Positions 1 through 9,008 of a stretch of 33,810 bases of DNA are shown here, piece after piece. The notes beneath the pieces are model-generated. The model was not told the origin of the DNA and did no database searches. It saw only the letters and a list, made by a program, of their open reading frames with translations. The translations under genes were made by a program, and so were the position numbers. This DNA comes from Spirogloea muscicola (taxonomy: Eukaryota), in assembly GCA_009602725.1 (NCBI GenBank), contig WELB01000024.1, positions 210,434-244,243 of the forward strand, given 5' to 3'. Each line of letters opens with the position of its first letter. The stretch's first letter is position 1.

Positions 1-66
1 GCCGCCATCGCCGCGGCGCCCGCGCGCGCCCGCGGCGGCCGCCGGGAACCTCGGGCCCGGGCCCGG

Positions 67-2046
67 ATGGAGGATGACGACGACGGCGGGACCTTCTGCC
101 TGGGCCCGCGCTGCTTCGCGACGCCGCACGAGGGCTACGTGAAGCCGCGCTACTACCCCATCCCGCTCGGCCGCGGCCACCGCGTCCCCGGCCGGGTGCG
201 CGGGCGCCGCCTCAGCTTGCCTTTGGCGCCATCGATTTAAGAAGCTCCTGGCTTAGGCATCCTCCACGTCGTCCGCGCCGCGCGCCGGAGCCGGCCTTCG
301 CCGCCTTCAATGTGCGCTCGCTCGCCTTGTCTCAAGCCTGATGCCGGGATGCCGGAGGGTCTGGCCAGGACTGGCGCTGGAAGGTGGCCGTGAAGCTGCG
401 CACGGCCCGCGGCGGTGACGGCGGCGACGGCGGGCCGCCCGCCAAGGCGCACCGCTGCTCCCGCCTCTCCATCCTCCGCGGCGTCGCGCTGCCGCAATGC
501 CTGCAGCTCGGTGAGCGCCAAGCCCTTGCCGGAGCTCCCTCTGCAGGCCATGGCCCCCCCGCCTGCCGTCCCCCGCCAAGCTCACGTCCCGCCGGCCCGC
601 GCGAGCAGGCGACGACGGCCGCTGGCGCTGGCCATGGGTGCCAGTGTCGCTGCTAGCGGGCCTCAAGCTGGACTTTTGGCTGCCGCACCACGAAGCCAAG
701 CGGCGCCGCCACGGCGAGGAGCTGGTCCACGAGCGCAGCCTCGGGGGGGGCCTGCAGCTCGTCCCGTCGGCGCGCATAAAGGTCATGACCCCCGTGTTCG
801 GCAGCCTGGGTGCGTGCCCTCCTCCAATCTCCATGCAGCCTCGCACGGCCACCTGTGTCACCTGTGCATGGCAAATTCACCTGCAGCATGCACTGCTGGT
901 CTGGGGCTCCTCCTGCCCCTGGATTTGTGACTCTTTGTTGGGAGAATGGAATCTGTCGCCTCGCAGTGATATCTGATATGAATTATCCAAATCAATTGAT
1001 GTCTGAGGTGCGTTCATTCTAGATTGCATAATCTGAGCTGATGCTTTGCTGGCTCAGCCCTACGCCCATCCTTGGAGCTGCTGCCACTACCGGCGCTGAC
1101 TGTGAAGCGAGAATTCGCCTTTGGGAAGGCACAGCTGACTGTGCACGCCCGCCTGCAGGTCCTCACCTTCCCCTCCATGACTCTACAAGCTGCTAGTCAG
1201 CTGGCGCCAAGCCCCTTGCCGTCTGCACCTATGTTGCTGCTCACATTGCTCAAGAATGGCGCCTGATTGTTGCAAGTGCCTAGCTGATCAGGCAGACCGC
1301 GACGGTAGCGGCCTCCGGCTGCCACGGTGGTCGCTGCAACTCGACTGGCGCCCCGCAGATTCGGTGCTCTGCCAACTAACTGCGTCCACTGATTCCAGCA
1401 CTGCAAGCAGTTGCCTACGACCACATTGCAAGCCGTGGTGCATGACGTGCAGGAGATAGGATGCTAAGATGCACGATGCTGAACACATTAGCCAGCCTCC
1501 ATGAGCAGCTAAGGGTCCTCCTTGTGTGCACTCTGCCTTGCGGTGCCATGGCTGACATGGTTTGCAGTATCGGCATACCAATTACAGGCTCGAGTATTTG
1601 CAAAGCCAGAAGCGAGTGCCCTGGCTGTGCAGTACACGCGAGGCTTCCGCATCTCCAGGGACTGCCGAGCGGTACCCACTCTGCACCAGCACCTCCTCTT
1701 GTCACCTTTTTCCTAGTCATGCCTCACCAATGCATTCGTTGCAGAAAGCACAGTGTTGGCCTCTCTGCACTCTGCTTATCTTACCTATCTGCTTCCTACC
1801 GCTGTGGTGCATCCTTGGCGAGCCGAAGCAGCTTGCAGAGGGCTGAGCTGCAACTATTGGGACAATGTGGGCAATCAGGTGGTGGCAGGCAATATGGAGG
1901 TGCCAGCCAAGATTACCTCACTGGAGGCATGCAGCCTCTCCCTCCGGGACTTGCTGCCTCGCAAGCTGCGCCTCACCTCTCTGAAGATCGAGCAGGTCAT
2001 AGGCACTCGGGTACGCCCTTCACCCAGCCATGGATGGCAACAGTAA
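67..2046 (+). CDS. Multi-exon gene for an unknown beta-strand-rich protein; may extend 5' of the window
   Basis: Phase-compatible GT-AG exons read MEDDDDGGTFCLGPRCFATPHEGYVKPRYYPIPLGRGHRVPGR / VAVKLRT...PQCLQL / AGLKLDFWLP...SARIKVMTPVFGSL / ALRPSLELLPLPALTVKREFAFGKAQLTVHARLQ / CLADQ...PRWSLQLDWRPADS / ARVFAKPEASALAVQYTRGFRISRDCRA / VVAGNMEVPAKIT...KLRLTSLKIEQVIGTR. The frame is open from base 1 to the ATG at 67. The last two acceptors and the stop are uncertain. No family recognised. Confidence 0.55.
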
Positions 2047-2483
2047 TGCAGCACGCCTGACGGAAAATAACCTCAGGACCTGGGTTGCAAATTCATAACA
2101 AGACAGCTTGATTGTGACCCTTCCTCTAGCCCCTATGTCACCCGTTCTACCCCTTCCTTGTACTGCACACTGCCACAGCAGCGCTGATTGCAGCTGGACA
2201 TAAGATGCTTTCAATTTGCCCCCTCCTCCTCCTCCCCCCGCCTCCCCGACATCCTTCCCTGCCTGTTTCCAAGGACCCACCTTATCTTCTGCTTGATATC
2301 GCCTTTCCTGTAGAAGACTATGCCCTTGCAAGTGCTCTTGACGGTCTTGACCTGCATTGGCTGTGATAAAAGATGAGAGCCTTACAGCGCTTGCATCACC
2401 TATTTCATCGTCTAAATTGAAGCATCGACTTAATGCTGATGTGATTAAGCAACAGAAACTCGTTGCGCCCTGTGTCCTGGCAG

Positions 2484-3946
2484 GGCAAGAGAGACCAGAT
2501 ACCTTCAGAGAGGACCTACCTTCAGGCTTCACACCTAATTGGTCAGACTGACAAGGTGACAGTTGTCCCCGGCCATTGGATTGATCCAGGATTTGAGCCA
2601 GGCGCCCCAGGAGAACGCGAATTCAATCTTGAGGTGTGGTCCCTGTCTTTGGCTGGTTGATATCGGCTTAGGGAGCTACAACGAAAGTACTAGAAGCCCG
2701 CCACTCAACACTCGCAGGCTCTTGCAGGTGGCCAACACCATCGAGAAGCAGCTGCGAGGCCATAAATGGGACGTACTTAGGCCCGACAGGGATGCTCCAC
2801 ATCTCTCGTGGGAAGCTTACCTGAACTGGGTGGCCAAGCAGGTCGGTCACATTTTGCAACTTGCCCAATCCATATGAGCAGCAAGCTACAGCAATTTAGA
2901 GATTTTTGTCATCGATAAGGGGTTGGCACATTCCCCAACTTATTTCATCGGCACAAGCTCTTGCAATTTTTGCAGACACTACGAGGGGTGCCTGTGGTGG
3001 AAATCCATGGGCAGGTATTCTGAACACACTTTGTCTGAGCACTGTGCTGGTGTGCCCATACCCGGTGCTTCTGCTCACGCATGCCCAAGCAGCACAGAGT
3101 TCTTGGTGTGTCATGTATGTGTTGCCCCCCTGCTGATGACCAGCAAAGGCAGTCCGTCTGCTACAAATTAGCCCGCCGAAGGCATGGATGAGTAAGTCCA
3201 CTCTCGAAGGCAACAAGGTGCTGCAGCATTGTTGTCCTGCAACATCTAATGGTTCAGTGCACTGCCATTTGCAGGGCTCTGCAGCCGATTTCCGTGGACT
3301 TGTACTTGGAGTAATTGGCGAGAAAGATGCCCCACTCAATCGCGTATGCGACACTACCTTCTTCCACTATGTCTTTCTTACAACATGCAGGCTCAATAAA
3401 CATGTTTCTCAACAGGGAGCATCTCAGCGTGTCAACTATGCCATCCTGGTAGCCGATGCCACTTGCTGGCGGTTTGTTGCAGGAACTTGCGTCACACTTT
3501 GGATTCTTCCCCATGGATTGGCGCGAGCTGGCTGTGCCCCGCAGAGGAGGTGTTATTGTGGAGTGCTTCAACTCAGATGAGGTGCTTGACATTGTAATCA
3601 AGCTCAGAGCTGAGCAGTTGAGATGGCAAATGAAAGGGTGCCCGCCTTCCCACTTAGCGCAGGATGTTCTGGCAATGTTTCTTGACTTCCTAAGGGATGT
3701 CTTTGCATGCAGGTGCTCCAAATGGCTCCGTGGCATCGGACGTGGGCAGTCGGTCGGCTTTCTTCACGAATCACACAGTGCATCTTGAGGGCGACGCGCG
3801 AGAAGCGAGCTTCTCGTGGAATTGAGACTCTTGACATTGACGATGAGGATCTTATGCAAGATGAGTCCATAGATCCTCAGGTAGGGTTAACGATGAGCAA
3901 CACTGTGAGACAGCGGCATAGCTTGCTGCCTTTCTCTCATCACTGA
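2484..3946 (+). CDS. N-acetylmuramoyl-L-alanine amidase (Amidase_3)-like domain, six exons; 5' and 3' ends uncertain
   Basis: Exons 2484-2633, 2728-2841, 2976-3014, 3275-3343, 3483-3581 and 3713-3880 (or read-through to the stop at 3946), all joined by phase-0 GT-AG introns. Translation: ...KVTVVPGHWIDPGFEPGAPGEREFNLEVANTIEKQLRGHKWDVLRPD...GVPVVEIHGQGS...LNRELASHFGFFPMDWRELAVPRRGGVIVECFNSDE.... The order GH...GA.GE...L...IH...VE matches the Amidase_3 Zn ligands (H, E, H) plus the catalytic E. A further phase-0 exon is possible at 4160-4459. Confidence 0.75.
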
Positions 3947-4904
3947 TCCTAGGCAGCATAAAGTGATTGCTCAAAGCCATGTGCAATATGATGCAGCAGT
4001 CATCACTTATTCTTATGGAAGGGCTCTCCCTTTCCTCAGTCAGACATATTGTCTGTCAGAAGTAGAAACATGGACAGCACCTAATTCAATGGTGTGAGGC
4101 AATGTGCCTTTCAGCCAGCCTCAGAGCGTGCAGCTTTTTGTATGACATTTTGTCATCAGGATAGTCCACCCAACTACTCCCACTTTAGCATGCAAGGGCA
4201 CTACTCAGGCCGTGTCTCATATGTGTCACCAAGTGCAACATGTGATATACTTGACCGACCGTGGACAAAATCACCTAAAACTTCAGATAAGCACATTCAC
4301 GAGAGCGTAATTTACCACCAGACATGCCCAATCAATAACCCTGCAAACATGCTTGAGCTTTACAAGTGGAGAATCTGCAAAGGAGAGAGTGCAAAACGCT
4401 GGGTAATAGGATCAGAACAAATAATCCCGTCTGGCTCAAGCACGCACTACCTCATTTAACACAGCATCATCGACATTCATCATGTCCAATCTCACCCAAG
4501 GGCTGTGCATCAGCAGACTTGACCGCATCGCTAAATTAAAGGTGAGAGATAGGATGGCGGGCAGGGAATGGAAGTAGGGGGGTGGCAAAATGGAGGGTGA
4601 AGTGTGCTGCTCATCAAGCTGAACAAAATTGCTGCTGTACAACTCAGTGGCTTACAATCTGTAACAATGGCGGCAATGCGCTCTGGTGAGACCTGCTCCT
4701 GCCTAGCTTGTCTAGCTGGCCAGCGGCTACATAACCGTAGCCCTACAAGCAACTATTTGTTGCACCAAAAGGGTACATGTACAGCGTCTAAGGGCGGGCA
4801 AATAAATGACCTTTACACGGGGATGGGCTAGCTATGATTCGGACATGTATAATCAACAGAAAAGAGCAAAATCGAGGGTGGCGGTGCGGCAGTAGAGCTC
4901 TGGC

Positions 4905-5744
4905 CTAGAAGAGGCGGGTGAGGCCGCTGACTCCAATCTGGGCCGTGCGCTGGTGCTGGAGGAGGCTGTAGCTATGGACAAGGGGGTTGCAGGGGGGCCG
5001 GCTGGGCGGGGACCCGTTTTCGAGCGGCGGCGAGCATGGGACGGGGAGGTCCTGTGGAACCGCCTGCACATGGGCCAGAAAGAGCACCGCAATCAACGCC
5101 GGGCACGTCAAGTACGATGGTTCTAAATGAGAAAATGGGCTCCTGGTGGCGAGAAAGGAGTCGAAGCAGCAAGGCTGTCTGTGCTCCATGACGAGGGCTA
5201 CGCAGCCGACAGGACATCAGAGACGGCAGCCCGTTGCAAGAGCGGCTGCCTGGACGATGGCGGGCGTCAGAGGTCGTTCCAACGAGACGAGAGAGCGCGG
5301 CGGAGGGCCAGACGAAGGGCTGCCTGGTGCCAGCAACACACGAGGCCCTGCTCTCTCGTCTGTGACAGGGCCACTGCTCGCCCACCACGGACCATGCGAG
5401 GAGAAGGTCGGGATAAGACGCATCTTGCGCAGGAAGATGTCGAGGATCTCGCGGCTCTCGTCGCCGTCGGGCCGCACGCTCAGCAGGCTGTGGCACCCCA
5501 ATGGCCCGATGGCAAGAGCGCGGCGGTCAGCAAAAGCCGAAGCTTGGGCAGGGCGTCCATCGATATGGGCAGCGAGAGCTCAGGCGCGCGCTGGCTGGGA
5601 AGGCCTTCCGGAGGCGGGGGGCTTGCTTCGCTCACCAGCGGCGGCGGCGGGGGCGGGCTGCAGAGTCGAGCGCGGCGGCGGCGGAGGAGGAGGAGGGCCG
5701 GCGGGGCCGCGGGCAGACGAGCTCCGCGGGCGGCGGCGGGAGCA
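4905..5744 (-). CDS. Small plant-specific uncharacterised protein (CPxPRR ... E[IL]LDI ... GSPPxRxxNP family), 5'-partial
   Basis: Exon to 5636 reads LPPPPAELVCPRPRRPSS...RPRRRR (GTGAG donor). Exon from 5487 reads CLLSVRPDGDESREILDIFLRK. Exon 5063-4905 reads AVPQDLPVPCSPPLENGSPPSRPPCNPLVHSYSL...*. The three motifs are in the order I recall for a land-plant family of unknown function. The start is lost at the N at 5745, and the exon-2 donor is not canonical at the expected place. Confidence 0.65.
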
Positions 5745-6080
5745 NCCCCCCCCCGCTGCCACCGTCCCTCCGCCACTGCCACTTCACTTGGCCCCCCCCC
5801 CCCTTTTGCATTGAGAAAAAGGTAAAGAGAAGTGGCTCTCCCAAGGGGGGCACGGGCTGTGAGAAGCCAGCCCGACGAAGAGAACTGACAAGGTTCGAAA
5901 GGGCATCGATCTTCGTCGTTGGTTCATTTGTTTGATGATTGCTTGCCCACACGAGAGTGAGCATCTTCCAAAGCCAGCCCAGGCGGAAAGTGGCTCCCAA
6001 CCTCCACTTCTTGGACGGGCCTCTATCAGAAGAAGAAGGGCTCGCCCATTGAGGATAGGGGAAGAGGATAGGGGAAGTGT

Positions 6081-6190
6081 CGCTCGGATAGAGGAAGCGA
6101 CACTTCACCTCAAGGATGCCGGCGACAAAGTTTGTGGCGCTGGCAGTGGACGTGCACGGGGCGTTCGACAGTCGGTGGCTGGACCTTCCA
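6081..6190 (+). mobile_element. RLE endonuclease fragment of the retroelement
   Basis: Reads RKRHFTSRMPATKFVALAVDVHGAFDSRWLDL, homologous to KTFKCADHPLEDEFFPLAIDTHGAFGAGWLAL at 25123. Matches the K..KY...F.P.A.E..G motif of RLE non-LTR elements. Confidence 0.65.
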
Positions 6191-6317
6191 TCTGGCCGCG
6201 CTTTCTTTTCTTCTCTTCATGCGCCCCGCGCGCCTTCTCTCTATGGGCGAGCACTTCTATGCAGCCCCCTTCCCGACCTTGTCACAGTCTTTTGGGCTGG
6301 CCTCTCACAGCGTGCTG

Positions 6318-6550
6318 CGTGCTGGCGGTGCTCTCGTTGCAGCCACGTTGCAGCCTCTGGCTGCCGTCAGGTGGATTGTTTTCCAGCAGCTAGTCTGTCG
6401 GATCTTAGGCTCCTCACTCGTAGCTACTGAGTGGTCCATCCTACACCCGTTCTGACATAGCGCTTGAGGCCCCTCCGTCATTCGGCCCCATCGACCCTTT
6501 GACAATTCTTTTCGGGCTGGCTTGCCCTTGCCCCCAGGGGAGCGCCACTT
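6318..6550 (+). mobile_element. 5'-truncated retroelement copy (ORF end plus short 3' UTR)
   Basis: RAGGALVAA..ASGCRQVDCFPAASLSDLRLLTRSY* (stop at 6430), followed by a short UTR and the terminal unit. Confidence 0.7.
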
Positions 6551-6607
6551 CGTCTCATTGCCACCTGTCAATCCGGAAGCGCTGTTCTTTGGGATAGCCA
6601 CTTTCTT

Positions 6608-7077
6608 TCTGCAGCGGCTTGCACGGCGGGCCATCAATCGTCGGCAAGGACAGCAAGGGGAGCTTCCCGGCTTCAAAGCCTCTGGGTCGCTGGCCCAGGT
6701 GTTCCGGTTGTGGCTATCCATTTCCTTCCACCAAGCCACCGGCTTCCGTGGCGGCACTCCGACTCCCCAAGTTAGCTTGTCGAATTTGAGTGTGCTCACC
6801 CGTCGGTACTAATGTCACACTATCACCTTAGCCACCTTAGCATAGGGCTTGCTTTTATGTAGCCTTTATTTTGGCACTGTTTTCAGCCTGAAATATGTAT
6901 TGGCTTGAGTTGGTCTCCCATCCATTTCGTGCGGACCGCGCGCCTTTTCTTCTCCGATGGTCTTTTAGGCTCCTCCGTCATCTGGCCGAAGAATGTGCTC
7001 GCCCCTTCGAAGATTTGTCAATTCTTTTCGGGCTGGCTTTTCACAGCCCTTGCCCCCATTGGGAGAGCCACTTCTTC
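6608..7077 (+). mobile_element. 5'-truncated retroelement copy (ORF end plus long 3' UTR)
   Basis: LQRLARRAINRRQGQQGELPGFKASGSLAQVFRLWLSISFHQATGFRGGTPTPQVSLSNLSVLTRRY* (stop at 6812). The UTR is shared with 25930-26062 and, inverted, 7635-7768. Ends in the terminal unit at 7001-7077. Confidence 0.75.
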
Positions 7078-7086
7078 CAGCTAAGA

Positions 7087-7310
7087 AGGTTCCGACTTGA
7101 GGCTGCTGACTTGGGATTACTTAGGTACCATTCGCTGCGCTGTAGTCTCTTGACATAGCTGTGTGGTTTTGGCGGGTTTCGGCCCTTTAAGCCTTGTTCA
7201 TTCTCTTGAGGCTGGCTTTTTCACAGCCCCCGCTCCCTGGGAAGACTTCACTTCTTAGGGCTGGCCTCTCACAGCCATTGCCTTACATTGGAAGAGCTGT
7301 TTCTTTCAAG
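7087..7310 (+). mobile_element. Two stacked short retroelement 3' ends
   Basis: SDLRLLTWDY, then UTR and a terminal unit ending CACTTCTT at ~7257. A variant terminal unit (GGGCTGGCCTCTCACAGCCATTGCCTTACATTGGAAGAGC) follows immediately. Confidence 0.65.
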
Positions 7311-7484
7311 GAGGCGGTTGCTGTGGAAAGGGTTTTTGGACCTTGTTCATCCTTTTTGGGCTGGCCGCCTCCTTTGGGAGAGCTCACCGCTGTCCTTGAG
7401 GTGTAGGGTGGCCCTTTGGCCCTTGTCGATTCTCTGTGGATAATAGAAGCAAGAGAAGAAAGGAAGCTCTGACAAAAGGGGGCG

Positions 7485-7902
7485 AAAAGAAGTGCTCTTG
7501 CGAAGTGAGGCGACGGCTGTGAGGGCTCAAAGGCAAAGGAAATGAAAGGTGTGAAAGGATTGGTCCAATAAGCCTTCCCGGGCTCCGGCGTTCCGCCGGC
7601 TGCACTCACAAAGCGAGCCCCTCGACGCCGTGAGGAAAGGCGCGCAGTGCGCATGAGATGGCAGGGAAGGCCAGATTGAAGCCAAGACACTGTTCAGGCG
7701 TAATTACTGCAGAGGAGTGTGCTAAGGGTGGCTAGATGAACAGTGTGAATGCAGGCTGAAGGGGGACGTCAGTACCCACGAGTGAGCACATGCACATCCG
7801 ACAGACTCACTTGGGAGGCGGAGAACCGTCACAGAAGCCAGTGGCCTGACTTAGAGGCCGCCGAGCACGCTGACGAGTAGCCAGAGCTTGGAAGAGCTGC
7901 AG
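7485..7902 (-). mobile_element. 5'-truncated retroelement copy, minus strand
   Basis: Reverse strand reads LQLFQALATRQRARRPLSQATGFCDGSPPP(frameshift)VSLSDVHVLTRGY* (stop 7771-7769), then the long-type UTR and a degenerate terminal unit. Confidence 0.7.
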
Positions 7903-9008
7903 GCAGCGCGGGAGGCCCTGGGAAAGGAGCCTGCCATTTCCACTTCTTCCTACAACCCTCGGCCCGCGGTCCGACTGCCCGCTGCGCCGCCTCTCCTGCC
8001 ACTCCGGCCCTGTCAGACCTTCTTCATTTCTTTGGGCTGGCCTTTCACAGCTATTGCCTTACATTGGAAGAGCTCTTTCAGTGTTACTCCAGCGAGGCCC
8101 GCCGTGTGCAAGAGACAGGAAAGCTTGTTGTAAGAGAAGAAAGAGCTACCACAAAGGGGGCGTGGGCTGCAAAGAAAGCTCCTCCAATGGGCCAGCCACA
8201 AAAGAACGACGAACTCCAGAAGTGTCGGAATGGCAATTTGCGCGCAGGAAAAGAAAGAAATAGAGCATGTTCCAGTCCAGGTAGTAAGAGCCTGCGGTGG
8301 CAGTAATTGTCACCCAGCCATGCCACGAATCAATATGGTCCACATGCAAGCCCCTAAATATTGGCACAAACCACTTCGCAGAACAGGCACCTTACTGTTG
8401 GCCACACAGCAATGCCTAAACACAGACGCAAGTCGTAATAATCAGCAGTTGGAAGGGGTTGCGATCATCTGAGGTGGCAGCCAAGGCACGGCCAGCGTGC
8501 ACATGCAAGACAAATGGAGCAGCCAGCCCCACAATGCATACCACCCCCCTCATGCCCCCACGATGCCATGCCTCTGCTCCACTAGCATGCCGAACGCAAG
8601 CACCACCACTTATCTGCTCATCTCCTGTGCATATGTATGGTTGGCGAAGAATGACCTACATGTAAGTGCTTATTATGTCCGCGGCGCAGGACGCAGGGGC
8701 GTCGTGCGGCCAGCGGCAAAGAATGTTATGGGGTGCGACTCTCAGCAGCGGCTCTCCTTCGTGAGAGCCGCCTCTAGCCGCACCCTCAATCAAATAATAA
8801 AGAGGCCATGCAGGACAAGCTCCGCAAGGCAGCTACAATGTACTCGAGGACTGAAAAAATGGGCGCCAGCAGCCTCCAGCAGAGCGAGAGAGACTGCGAA
8901 GCCACTCGGCCGTTCTTGGCGGCACTTCTATCTGTACAACGCGAGGCGGCTGAAATCGAGGCGGCTGCCCAACGAGGCAGGCTCGCAACAAGGTCGTAGG
9001 TGGGCTTG

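Larger units (their letters stand above)
5810..8215. mobile_element. Cluster 1 of nested, 5'-truncated RLE (CRE-like) non-LTR retrotransposon 3' fragments, both orientations
   Basis: About 10 degenerate copies of the terminal unit GGCCCCTTCG..CCTTGTCA.TTCTTTT.GGGCTGGCTTCTCACAGCCCTTGCCCC..TTGGGAGAGCCACTTCTT (e.g. 5827-5904 -, 6485-6550 +, 7001-7077 +, 8015-8080 +). Several are preceded by ORF C-termini ending SLSDLxxLTRxY*. Confidence 0.75.

Noticed and set aside
4896..5126. Plus-strand 77-codon frame as the last amidase exon
   Set aside because: It is better explained as the antisense shadow of the minus-strand exon carrying the GSPPSRxxNP motif.
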